Assembly: GCA_965216315.1 (NCBI GenBank)
Contig: CBDCFN010000016.1
Span: 928,001 to 992,000, forward strand
Reading direction: 5' to 3'
Origin: a bacterium
GTDB lineage: Bacteria; UBA10199; 2-02-FULL-50-16; JAJFLM01
DNA length: 64,000 bases
Each line of letters starts with the position of its first letter. Position 1 is the stretch's first letter. The notes under the pieces were generated by a model. It saw only the letters and a list, made by a program, of their open reading frames with translations. It was not told the DNA's origin and did no database searches. Positions 19,551-28,507 of this stretch are shown one piece after another. A program made the translations under genes and the position numbers.

Positions 19551-19568
19551 TGAATGAGCATTCATTCT
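19551..19568. promoter_or_regulatory. TetR/FadR-type operator TGAATGA-N4-TCATTC upstream of fadE
   Basis: Inverted repeat GAATGA-GCAT-TCATTC about 80 nt upstream of the fadE start. Confidence 0.6.
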
Positions 19569-19672
19569 TTTACGGCTAACCTATATTTATTAAATAATTA
19601 CAATGAGTTAAAAATTAAAGTGTGACTGAGATCAGGGCGCAACATTATCCTGATCAGGTCGACAATCAAATT

Positions 19673-20083
19673 ATGTCGGGTCCATCTGGGTCAATAGGGC
19701 GCCTTACTGCCAGCGCGATTCCCCTGCTTCTGGAGGCCAGTTCTGACCTGCGGGAGTTTGCGGTGCAGCGATGGCTCTTTACTTCATCCTTTGTCGAAGA
19801 CCGGCAAACAGTGATTCACAATTTGGCCCGCCTTGCCGGTGCCACCACCGCTGTCAATCTTCACTCCCTCTCGGCCCAGGCACGCCGTATCTGGAGCTGC
19901 TTGAGAAGCCAAGACGCCGATGCGCGTTCTTTTATTCGTATTTCTCAGCATTTATTCAGTGCCGTCTTAGATGATGCGGAAACTGTCAGGCAGATAGCCA
20001 ATTCCGAGCGGGCGCTCAGTTGGTTCAGTCAGAGTTTCCTCGAAGAGGCAGTGCATTCCTTTAATGTTGTTCCAAGAAACTAA
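19673..20083 (+). CDS. Orphan hypothetical protein (helical)
   Basis: Only ORF filling the gap; ATG 19673 follows a GCAAC-N14-GTCGA motif. Confidence 0.5.
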   Translation: MSGPSGSIGRLTASAIPLLLEASSDLREFAVQRWLFTSSFVEDRQTVIHNLARLAGATTAVNLHSLSAQARRIWSCLRSQDADARSFIRISQHLFSAVLDDAETVRQIANSERALSWFSQSFLEEAVHSFNVVPRN

Positions 20084-20933
20084 GGATGGCCTGCGCCAAT
20101 GCGTCCGGTTGCTCGTGATGGATCATATGACCTGCGTCTTTAATGACGATATGTTTGGCTGATGAAGGAAAATGTTTCAGTCTTTGCTCGATTTCCTCCT
20201 CTAAGTTATCACCTTGATACATGGAAGCTCCAAAACGACTGAGCTGGCCGGTTACGAGTAGGCATTGTGCAGTAATGCGTTCCCAAAACGGATAGATATT
20301 ATTCAATTGGAATAGGTATGGGTGGAGCCATTTGTGCCGTGGATCCGCGGCTATCTGCAACCCTTCGCTGGTTTGCGAGGTGATATGTTGCGCGAGAAAA
20401 AGAGCTCGATCTAACGGTAGCCGGGGGTTGGTCTTGCGCAGCCTAGCGGCGACACTCTCGATATCGGGATAGATGCGAAAAGCATGCGCTTCCATTGTTT
20501 CAATCCATCGCCGGATCCGTTCGGGCCCTTCGGATGCCGGCATATCTTTAATGCCAAAACCTTCAATGTTGGTGAAGTGGCTTATGCGTTCCGGAAAAGA
20601 GCCGGCATATAATGAAAGGATGTTGCCACCCATCGAGTGACCTATGAGTTTGAGTGTCTCGCCCGGGGCCAGAGACTCGAAGAGGGTGTGGGCATCGGCG
20701 ATATACTCATAGAAAAAATAACCGAGTGCCGAAGGGGTATGTTCCGTGTGACCCATGCCTCGAAGGTCGGGCGCAATGCAGTAATAATGTTCCTGGAGCT
20801 GCCGGCAGACGAAATCAAAGCTGGCTCCCATATCCATCCAACCATGAAAAAGAAAGAGTTTAGGCTTGTCGCTTTGACCCCATGTGTGGATGCGATGCTG
20901 CAAACCATTTATTTCGATCTCCATTATATCCAT
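20061..20933 (-). CDS. Alpha/beta hydrolase
   Basis: HGWMD, PDLRGMG, GHSMG nucleophile elbow, AGHMIHHEQP. Confidence 0.9.
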   Translation of the reverse strand: MDIMEIEINGLQHRIHTWGQSDKPKLFLFHGWMDMGASFDFVCRQLQEHYYCIAPDLRGMGHTEHTPSALGYFFYEYIADAHTLFESLAPGETLKLIGHSMGGNILSLYAGSFPERISHFTNIEGFGIKDMPASEGPERIRRWIETMEAHAFRIYPDIESVAARLRKTNPRLPLDRALFLAQHITSQTSEGLQIAADPRHKWLHPYLFQLNNIYPFWERITAQCLLVTGQLSRFGASMYQGDNLEEEIEQRLKHFPSSAKHIVIKDAGHMIHHEQPDALAQAILSFLEQH

Positions 20934-21002
20934 GGCTTTTGTGACTCCATAGGCAAGCATTTCTTGATTTGTAAACCGATATTAAAGTAAAGTAGCTCCC
21001 TT

Positions 21003-22058
21003 ATGGACTTGTCTAAACTGATTAATACGAATGTGACCGGGTATGTGGATGTCCCGTCTCCGGATGATCTTCATGCCGAATTGCCGGCTCCAGACGAGAG
21101 TTTGCAGACGACTCTGGATGCCCGCAACGCCATTCAGAATATCCTGGATGATCAAGATAAGCGCCTTTTTATCGTTGTCGGCCCGTGTTCTATTCATGAC
21201 GTCGAAGCGGCCCTCGATTATGCGGGTCGACTCAAGAAAGTGGCGGATCAGGTTCAAGAGACCTTAATTCCAGTCATGCGGGTTTATTTTGAGAAGCCAC
21301 GAACGACTGTTGGATGGAAGGGACTGATTAACGACCCGTTTATGGATGACTCGTTTCACATTGAAGAGGGGCTGAAAATCGCGCGCCAACTCTTAATCGA
21401 TGTGACGAAGACAGGACTGCCGACGGCGATTGAAGCGCTGGATCCGGTCACTCCGCAATATTTTGCAGAACTGATCAGCTGGTCGGCCATTGGCGCCCGC
21501 ACCACGGAATCACAAACGCATCGTGAAATGGCGAGCGGGCTTTCGATGCCGGTTGGATTTAAGAATGGCACGGATGGGAAGATTGAGGTGGCGATTAATG
21601 CGATGAAATCGGCCTTAAGCTCACATCATTTTCTCGGCTTTGATTCAGGGGGGCACATTGCCAAATACGCGACGCGCGGGAATGCCTACAGTCATATTGT
21701 TTTAAGGGGTGGCGATGACGGACCTAATTACAGTGCTGAGAATATAAGCGAATGTGAAGCCGCCCTGCAGAAAGCCGGTTTGCGCGACAAAATCATGGTG
21801 GATTGCAGCCACGGCAATTCCCGTAAGGATTTTAAGAATCAACCGCAAGTCTTCAGGGATGTTATTGATCAGGTGCTTAACGGCAATCGAGCTATTTGTT
21901 CGATGATGGTTGAGAGCAACATTCATGAAGGTAATCAGAAAATTACCCAGGATCTTAAGCAACTCAAGTATGGAGTTTCAGTCACGGATTCGTGTATTGG
22001 TTGGGAAACGACTGAAGAGCTCTTGCTTGAGGCACATGAGCGGCTCAAATCAAGATAA
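21003..22058 (+). CDS. 3-deoxy-7-phosphoheptulonate (DAHP) synthase, class I alpha (AroF/G/H family)
   Basis: GPCSIHD, RVYFEKPRTTVGWKG, IGARTTESQTHRE, DCSHGNS; feedback type cannot be assigned. Confidence 0.95.
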   Translation: MDLSKLINTNVTGYVDVPSPDDLHAELPAPDESLQTTLDARNAIQNILDDQDKRLFIVVGPCSIHDVEAALDYAGRLKKVADQVQETLIPVMRVYFEKPRTTVGWKGLINDPFMDDSFHIEEGLKIARQLLIDVTKTGLPTAIEALDPVTPQYFAELISWSAIGARTTESQTHREMASGLSMPVGFKNGTDGKIEVAINAMKSALSSHHFLGFDSGGHIAKYATRGNAYSHIVLRGGDDGPNYSAENISECEAALQKAGLRDKIMVDCSHGNSRKDFKNQPQVFRDVIDQVLNGNRAICSMMVESNIHEGNQKITQDLKQLKYGVSVTDSCIGWETTEELLLEAHERLKSR

Positions 22059-22060
22059 AA

Positions 22061-23311
22061 TTATTGTGGTCGAATTAGCTGAGCCATGTCTGTGCCCGTT
22101 GGGTTCTGGAATACTTTGAGTCCAAATTCACCTGTAACCGCCAACAGATGATCAAAGATATCCGCCTGGATATTTTCATAGTTGGACCAGGCGGTATCAT
22201 TACTAAAGCAGTAGATTTCGATTGGAAGCCCGGTGGGTTCCGGTTTTAAGTGGCGGACGATCAGCGTCATGTTCTGGTGAATTTTGGCGTGGTTTTTCAA
22301 GAAATTTAAGATGTACGCGCGAAAAACACCAATGTTTGTCATCTTGCGTCCATTCACTGGTTCAGCTGTATTGATTTGGTGAGTTTTATTGTATTCGGCG
22401 ATCTCTTGTTTTCTCTTTTGAATATGCGTTTGGAGGTAATCAATCCTGGTAAAGCGCTCGATTTCCTCAGGAGTGCAGAATCGTATGCTGTTCATATCGA
22501 TATGAAAAGATCGTTTGATGCGTCGGCTACGAGATTCAGACATTCCCCGCCAGTTTTTAAAGGAATCCGCGACGAGCGAGTAAGTGGGGATGGTCGTTAT
22601 GGTTTTGTCCCAGTTTTGAATTTTGATGGTCGTCAACGAAATGTCTAGTATCTCGCCGTCGGCACCGAACTTGCTCATCTCAATCCAGTCACCTTTACGC
22701 ACCATATCATTGGCCGCGAGCTGAATGCCGGCGACGAATCCTAAGATGCTGTCTTTGAAGACCAAGATGATAATGGCGGTCATGGCACCGAGTCCCCCGA
22801 GGATACCGAGGGCGGACCTATTGAGTAAGGTTGCTAGGACGAGAATAGCGCCAACGACCGTCGTGATTATTTTCAATACTTGAGCATAGCTCTTGAGTGG
22901 TTTTTGCCGGGAGATATCGGTTGTTTGATAAATGCTAAGACATGCACTGATGATGGCATTGATGACCAATAAGCCAACCAGGACCATGTAGGCGATAGCG
23001 GCTCGCTTGATCCAGTCAACGATGTCTGGAGATTTAGGAAAGGGGAGGGGGGCGAGCGAGTAGATCAAGAGTGCAGGGACGATGTGGGCCAGGCGTGCAA
23101 AGACATTATGATTAATGAAGGCATCATCCCAATGAGTCTTGGTCCGACGCACAACAGCGCGTATGGATCGAACCATGATGCGATTTGTAACAATATCAGC
23201 GATGATCGCGACGATCAGGATGCCAACGACGACAGTCAGCACGCTGATTTCGTGTCCGAGTTTCGCAGGAAGGCCCAACGCCAGTAATTTCGTTTCAATA
23301 TACTTCAACAT
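22061..23311 (-). CDS. Mechanosensitive channel, MscS family (YbdG/MscM-like)
   Basis: VFKDSILGFVAGIQL, GDWIEM, NWDKTITTIP, FKNWRGM, GLPIEIYCF. Confidence 0.9.
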   Translation of the reverse strand: MLKYIETKLLALGLPAKLGHEISVLTVVVGILIVAIIADIVTNRIMVRSIRAVVRRTKTHWDDAFINHNVFARLAHIVPALLIYSLAPLPFPKSPDIVDWIKRAAIAYMVLVGLLVINAIISACLSIYQTTDISRQKPLKSYAQVLKIITTVVGAILVLATLLNRSALGILGGLGAMTAIIILVFKDSILGFVAGIQLAANDMVRKGDWIEMSKFGADGEILDISLTTIKIQNWDKTITTIPTYSLVADSFKNWRGMSESRSRRIKRSFHIDMNSIRFCTPEEIERFTRIDYLQTHIQKRKQEIAEYNKTHQINTAEPVNGRKMTNIGVFRAYILNFLKNHAKIHQNMTLIVRHLKPEPTGLPIEIYCFSNDTAWSNYENIQADIFDHLLAVTGEFGLKVFQNPTGTDMAQLIRPQ

Positions 23312-23371
23312 GAGTCGGGGGGTCTTCTAGCATATTTCTTTCGAGGGAGGGAAGTGCGAATTGCGGTAACG

Positions 23372-23608
23372 CTAATCGTCACCGGTTTGCTCTTTGTCAA
23401 TCATGCGTTTGGCGCGACGTAGTAAGAATTGATTGGCGGCATCTTCGCTTTCGAAATCGCCCACTTTGACGGTGCCGACGTTTTTTCTTTTGGTATCCGG
23501 GCCTTCATTGCGGGGGCCCCACTCGCATTTGAGGACGCCGGCACGGGATTCGTAGAGAAAAATGCGGTTTTCACGATAGATTGTTACCGGTTCTTGTTCA
23601 GATGACAT
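23372..23608 (-). CDS. Small hypothetical protein, possibly WGR-like
   Basis: GGGAG RBS; EWGPR ... FESEDAA pattern loosely resembles WGR domains. Confidence 0.5.
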   Translation of the reverse strand: MSSEQEPVTIYRENRIFLYESRAGVLKCEWGPRNEGPDTKRKNVGTVKVGDFESEDAANQFLLRRAKRMIDKEQTGDD

Positions 23609-23838
23609 CGTAGTGCTTCTCCCTCTCAGGTCATGAAAAAAGCAATTTATACTAGTGAGGCGCTAGGATCTATCAAATTATTTGTCTTTCACGCTGCGTT
23701 AGTGCACTGCGTAAAATCGTTGATATAACTGGGTATTATCAATGACGCACCCGCGAATCCCTATAAATAAAGGCTTTGCTGTTTGTAGGGGTTGTAAAAT
23801 AGCGTAAAATAAGGACAAACGCGTTTAAGGAGGTAACT

Positions 23839-24249
23839 ATGAATGCTGCCGCATTTAAAAAAGCGTTCCTGTTTGGGCTCGCTGGTACGGCCGTCCTGAC
23901 GGCTTTCACTTATCTGGCAGGTTTCATGAAGCTTCCACATCCCGACTATCATGGCATGATTGCCGGCTGGTTTAGCACCGGCGCCACCTTATCTTGGGTG
24001 GTCTATTTTGCCTTTGGGATCGTGTTGGCTTACGTCTACAAAGGCTTCCTCGCCGCCCACTTACCCGCTGATTCCTGGAAGAATGGAATTGTCTATGGCG
24101 TGTTGCTGTGGGGACTCGTTCAGTTCGTGTTGATGCCTGTGTTTGGAATGGGCTTCTTCTCGGGCGGGATGCTCACTGCCTTTGGAATGTTGCTAGGCAA
24201 TGCCTTTTATGGGGCCATTGTCGGCTATCTTTACGCGCACTCGAAGTAG
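23839..24249 (+). CDS. Four-TM membrane protein of unknown function
   Basis: Strong AAGGAGG RBS, four hydrophobic helices, followed by a terminator. Confidence 0.8.
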   Translation: MNAAAFKKAFLFGLAGTAVLTAFTYLAGFMKLPHPDYHGMIAGWFSTGATLSWVVYFAFGIVLAYVYKGFLAAHLPADSWKNGIVYGVLLWGLVQFVLMPVFGMGFFSGGMLTAFGMLLGNAFYGAIVGYLYAHSK

Positions 24250-24268
24250 CGTGTTGCGTTCCCAACTC

Positions 24269-24305
24269 AATCGAGTCGGTCACCTTAGGGGCCGGCTCGA
24301 TTTTT
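24269..24305 (+). terminator. Intrinsic terminator
   Basis: AATCGAGTCGGTC...GGCCGGCTCGATT stem followed by a T run. Confidence 0.7.
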
Positions 24306-25080
24306 ATGTATCAACTCCATCGACATGATGATCCAAGACGGGGATAGCGCTGCGCATTTTGTTGACCAGTTCAATCTTCAGAGTACTTCCTAACACAACC
24401 TCTCGATCCGCAGCATTACAAAGCTGGGTTCCATCGGGCGCCCAGATGCCTGATTGCCCGCCGAAGAAAATATCGTCAGTAGCGGGACCAATCCGATTAC
24501 ACAAAACGACATAGGCTTGGTTTTCAATAGCGCGCGCTTTCGCAAGATCGATCATGTGGTGACAACGCTCACGAGGCCATTGGGCCGAGATAAGAAACAG
24601 AGTCGCGCCTTCAAGGGCACTTTGACGATACATGCCTGGAAAGCGGAGATCATAACAGATACTGAGATTCGTGCACCACGTTCCGATTTGCGCATTAACG
24701 CGTTGCTTGCCGGCGCAGAAGCGTTTGTCTTCGTCCATAGAGGCAAAGAGGTGGACCTTGTCGTAATGGATCGGTTGTGACCCGTCAGGGGACAGTAATA
24801 GGAAGCGGTTGAAATAACCGCCATGACCATCACGGACCACATAGCTCCCACCAATCCAGGCGCTGAGTTGCTGACTCAGCTCCTGGATCTGGCGAACAAT
24901 ACGGTCATGGTGCTGACTCACATAGCTGGGCCAGGATTCATGATGATAACCGGTCGTCCAGAGTTCGGGGAGGAGGTAGAGTTGGGCTTTGCCATGGGAC
25001 CGGATGAGTTCCTCGGCGTGGATCTGGTTGGCCTCAGGGTCACCGTCTTGACCCTTCATCTGGACAATGGCGACATGCAT
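24304..25080 (-). CDS. Carbon-nitrogen hydrolase (omega-amidase, MtnU/YafV-like)
   Basis: LPELW, YDKVHLF, ICYDLRFP (E-K-C triad), RAIENQ. Confidence 0.88.
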   Translation of the reverse strand: MHVAIVQMKGQDGDPEANQIHAEELIRSHGKAQLYLLPELWTTGYHHESWPSYVSQHHDRIVRQIQELSQQLSAWIGGSYVVRDGHGGYFNRFLLLSPDGSQPIHYDKVHLFASMDEDKRFCAGKQRVNAQIGTWCTNLSICYDLRFPGMYRQSALEGATLFLISAQWPRERCHHMIDLAKARAIENQAYVVLCNRIGPATDDIFFGGQSGIWAPDGTQLCNAADREVVLGSTLKIELVNKMRSAIPVLDHHVDGVDT

Positions 25081-25200
25081 GGTCTAGCTGTAACGTAAAA
25101 GATCAAGCGTTACAATTAGAAATAAGTGCTAATGCGCTGATAAATATCGTGATTTGCGCCATTGACGCATTAGTCCGGATAGACCATAACCACAACCATT

Positions 25201-25746
25201 ATGCGGCGAATGGACCTTGTTAAACAGCTTGAAACTCACCCATCTTTTGATGCCACTGAGGCGAAGAGTGTTCAACGGGCAAAAAATTTTGTAATGGCTC
25301 ATAAAGATTGTTTTGAGCGGTCTCACGCCGAAGGACACGTAACCGGCTCTGCTTGGTTGCTTGATCCTAGCGGAACGCGTGTCCTGCTGACGCATCATAA
25401 GAAACTCAATAAATGGATCCAGCTTGGCGGGCATGCGGATGGCAATCCCAATATATTGCAAGTCGCCTCGCGAGAAGCTCATGAAGAATCGGGGCTTGCT
25501 GATATCATCCCCTTGTCGGAGCAGATCTATGATGTCGATGTTCATTGGATTCCGGAGCGCCCTGGAGAGTCTGGTCATTATCACTATGATATTAGATTCA
25601 TTCTACAAGCCAAGTCTTCGGATTCTTTTCGCGTAAGTGATGAATCCCATGATTTGGCATGGATACACCAAGACGATATGAAGGGCCTTGAGTTGGAAGA
25701 GTCGATTATGCGTATGTATCGCAAATGGTTGCGTTGGAATCCCTAG
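25201..25746 (+). CDS. NUDIX hydrolase
   Basis: GHVTGSA, GGHADG...REAHEESG Nudix box, HYHYDIRF. Confidence 0.9.
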   Translation: MRRMDLVKQLETHPSFDATEAKSVQRAKNFVMAHKDCFERSHAEGHVTGSAWLLDPSGTRVLLTHHKKLNKWIQLGGHADGNPNILQVASREAHEESGLADIIPLSEQIYDVDVHWIPERPGESGHYHYDIRFILQAKSSDSFRVSDESHDLAWIHQDDMKGLELEESIMRMYRKWLRWNP

Positions 25747-25760
25747 TTTAAGGAGTGGGT

Positions 25761-26414
25761 ATGCAGCGAGGACATGGAGTGATGTCGGATCAAGAGACAC
25801 GTGAGCTCATATGCGAGCTATGCCGCGATTTTTATCGGCTCGGTTGGGCGAGCGGAACAGGCGGTGGCATTTCGATTAAACGAAGTGGGCAGATTTATAT
25901 GGCATCGAGTGGCGTCCAAAAAGAGCGCTTGAGTGTCGATGATATTTTTGTCTTGGATGAAGAAGGTGTCATTATGCAGCCGGCGCGGGCAGGTCTCGAG
26001 CTTTCTGAGTGTCACCCCCTCTTTATGAATGCCTATCAGATAAGAGGTGCGGGGGCCGTGTTGCACAGTCATTCCATTAATGCCGTTCTTGTGACTTTGC
26101 TTTATGAGGATGCTTTTAAAGTAACGAATCTTGAGATGATGAAGGGGATCGACGGGGTCGGTGTATTTGATACGCATGAAGTTCCGATTATTCCCAATGC
26201 GGCGCGGGAAGGGGAGCTTTCAGGTGCGATGGCGGCCGCAATGCGCGATTATCCAAAGGCGCAGGCTGTGCTCGTGAAGGGCCATGGGGTCTACGTGTGG
26301 GGTAAAGATTGGGTGCAGGCAAAGACGCAGGCGGAGTGTTATGATTATTTGTTTCAGGCGGCGGTGATGATGAAGCGGCTGGGACTTGATCCTTCATCAG
26401 GAGGTCAGTCATGA
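25761..26414 (+). CDS. mtnB: Methylthioribulose-1-phosphate dehydratase
   Basis: GWASGTGGGISI, SGVQKE, HSHS, GHGVYVWG class II aldolase motifs; start 25761 or 25782. Confidence 0.93.
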   Translation: MQRGHGVMSDQETRELICELCRDFYRLGWASGTGGGISIKRSGQIYMASSGVQKERLSVDDIFVLDEEGVIMQPARAGLELSECHPLFMNAYQIRGAGAVLHSHSINAVLVTLLYEDAFKVTNLEMMKGIDGVGVFDTHEVPIIPNAAREGELSGAMAAAMRDYPKAQAVLVKGHGVYVWGKDWVQAKTQAECYDYLFQAAVMMKRLGLDPSSGGQS

Positions 26415-26848
26415 AAATCAGTTGGCTGAGTGATGGTAGCGAAGTGATATCCGATGAACTGAAGAAAGTCGGTATTGTTGCGGACTGGATTGATCCTAAT
26501 CTGGGCGTGTATTTGGACGTGATAGAAGGCTGGAAGCAAAAACGCGATTATGCGGCCCATGACGAAGTGAAACTAACTTCTGATACACCTAATTTGGCAA
26601 CAATACTAGATAATTTCAAGCGGGAGCATCGGCATACGGATGATGAAGCCCGCTATATTGTCTCCGGTGCCGGCATTTTTGATATTCGTTCGGCTGATGA
26701 TCGGTGGATAAGGGTTGAGGTCGAGTCAGGAGACTTTGTCATCGTTCCCGCAAATGTGTATCATCGTTTTAAATTAACAGCTAGCCAGCAGATCCATGCG
26801 GTAAGGCTTTTTAAAGAAAATCCGTCTTGGCAAGCGATATTTCGATGA
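26411..26848 (+). CDS. mtnD: Acireductone dioxygenase
   Basis: EHRHTDDEAR...HRF cupin metal ligands; ATGA overlap with mtnB. Confidence 0.9.
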   Translation: MKISWLSDGSEVISDELKKVGIVADWIDPNLGVYLDVIEGWKQKRDYAAHDEVKLTSDTPNLATILDNFKREHRHTDDEARYIVSGAGIFDIRSADDRWIRVEVESGDFVIVPANVYHRFKLTASQQIHAVRLFKENPSWQAIFR

Positions 26849-27486
26849 GGGTAGACGTGAATACGGAGCAGGAAGAAGCGAAGGCAAAAAAAACCGAGAT
26901 AGAAGAAAAGCCCCTAAAGAAACTAAGTCGTGACGAGATTAACGAGTTGCCTCTGGGCCGCTACGAAGGGGACATACAACTTATTAACTCTGATGCAGAT
27001 TTGAAGTCAGCGCTAGCAAGCATACGGAGTGAATCGCTGTTGGGGTTTGATACGGAAACGCGCCCGGTTTTCAAGAAAGGACAGTCCTATCCGCCGGCAC
27101 TGTTGCAATTGGCAACGAGTGACTGCGTCTTTATTTTTCAGCTGAAAAAATTGGGTTATCCGAATGCGTTGATCGATATTTTGTCCTCGGCCGAGCATAT
27201 GAAGAGCGGCGTGGCGTTGGATTTCGATGTGAAGGAACTACAAAAGGTCATGACTTTTGAACCCTCCGGTTTTATTGAGCTCAGCCACTTAGCCAAGGAA
27301 AAGGGGATTGGCAACAATGGTCTTCGCGGGCTCACGGCGTACCTGCTGGGTTTTCGTATTTCAAAGCGAGTAAAGACATCAAATTGGGATCGGGAGGAGC
27401 TAAGTGAGTCGCAGATCATTTATGCGGCAACAGATGCATGGGTGAGCCGTGAGATTTATTTAAAACTCTTGCAAATCGATCCGTGA
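26845..27486 (+). CDS. 3'-5' exonuclease (DEDDy, WRN/RNase D-like)
   Basis: GFDTE, LLQLA, SNW, YAATDA; ATGA overlap with mtnD. Confidence 0.88.
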   Translation: MRVDVNTEQEEAKAKKTEIEEKPLKKLSRDEINELPLGRYEGDIQLINSDADLKSALASIRSESLLGFDTETRPVFKKGQSYPPALLQLATSDCVFIFQLKKLGYPNALIDILSSAEHMKSGVALDFDVKELQKVMTFEPSGFIELSHLAKEKGIGNNGLRGLTAYLLGFRISKRVKTSNWDREELSESQIIYAATDAWVSREIYLKLLQIDP

Positions 27487-27490
27487 CCTA

Positions 27491-28507
27491 TCACGGAGTT
27501 AGTAACACCTTCCCAAAATTTTTGTGATCCTGGATGTACTGGTGCGCGGCAGCGGCCTGATCGAAGGGAAATGTCTTGTCGACGATCGGGTCAAAGGTTT
27601 TTGTTGCGGCGAGATCGATGATTTCTCGCAGTGTTTCACCGAGGAGGGTGCGGTGCTCCCATAGATGACCGAGGTTGACGCCAAAGACACCTTTATTCTC
27701 ATTCATCAGTGAGATCGGCTTAAAAGTTGGCATCGAGAGTAAGCCTTTAATTGCGGAGGTGAGACTTCTTTTGTTGCCTGTACTAAAGCTGGAAACTCCA
27801 AACATAAAAAGCCGGCCCAAAGGTGCGAGACTTCGGTATCCCTTGCGAAAGGAGTCGCCACCCACGGCGTCGATAATAATATCGACGCCTCGTCCCGCTG
27901 TGATGCGTTTGATTTCCGCTTCAAAGTCCTGTGTGTGGTAGTCAATGCAGTGAGTGACGCCTAATTTTTTGAGTCTTTCATGTTTTCCGGCACTAGCAGT
28001 GCCAAACACTTCGGCATGGCGCCACTTGCACATTTGTAGGGCCGCCTGGCCAACACCTCCTGCGACGGCATGGATCAGGACCTTGTCGCCAGCTCTTACA
28101 TTGCCAAGATGGAGGAGCATTATCCAAGCTGTCAGGTAGTTGACGGGAATAGCGGCGGCTTGCTCAGCGGAAAGATCTTGAGGTAAAGGGAGGACGCTCG
28201 CTTCAGGGACGCAGACGACATCGCTATAGCCGCCAAATCGCGTCAGGGCGACAACGCGATCGCCTTCTTTGAATTCAGTAACGTTCGTGCCGATTTGGTC
28301 GATGATGCCGGCGACTTCGTAGCCGACGACAGCGGGGAGTTTAGGGGCATCAGGATAGAGGCCCATGCGCGCGAGGATGTCCGCGAAGTTGATGCCCGCC
28401 GCATCGACGCGAATGCGGACCTCACCCATTTTTGCCTCAGGATCCGGGGCCTCGCGAATTTCGAGGACTTCCGGCTTGCCAATTTTAGGGATCCAGACTT
28501 GCCTCAC
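27491..28507 (-). CDS. MDR-family NAD(P)H quinone oxidoreductase (VAT-1-like)
   Basis: GINFADILARMGLYP, PVNYLTAW, HAVAGGVG, KNFGKVLL. Confidence 0.88.
   Translation of the reverse strand: MRQVWIPKIGKPEVLEIREAPDPEAKMGEVRIRVDAAGINFADILARMGLYPDAPKLPAVVGYEVAGIIDQIGTNVTEFKEGDRVVALTRFGGYSDVVCVPEASVLPLPQDLSAEQAAAIPVNYLTAWIMLLHLGNVRAGDKVLIHAVAGGVGQAALQMCKWRHAEVFGTASAGKHERLKKLGVTHCIDYHTQDFEAEIKRITAGRGVDIIIDAVGGDSFRKGYRSLAPLGRLFMFGVSSFSTGNKRSLTSAIKGLLSMPTFKPISLMNENKGVFGVNLGHLWEHRTLLGETLREIIDLAATKTFDPIVDKTFPFDQAAAAHQYIQDHKNFGKVLLTP

Noticed and set aside
23720..23742. TTGATA-N11-TATCAA upstream of the 4-TM protein as an FNR box
   Set aside because: Spacing does not fit TTGAT-N4-ATCAA; it could be another operator or IHF-like site, but I have no support.
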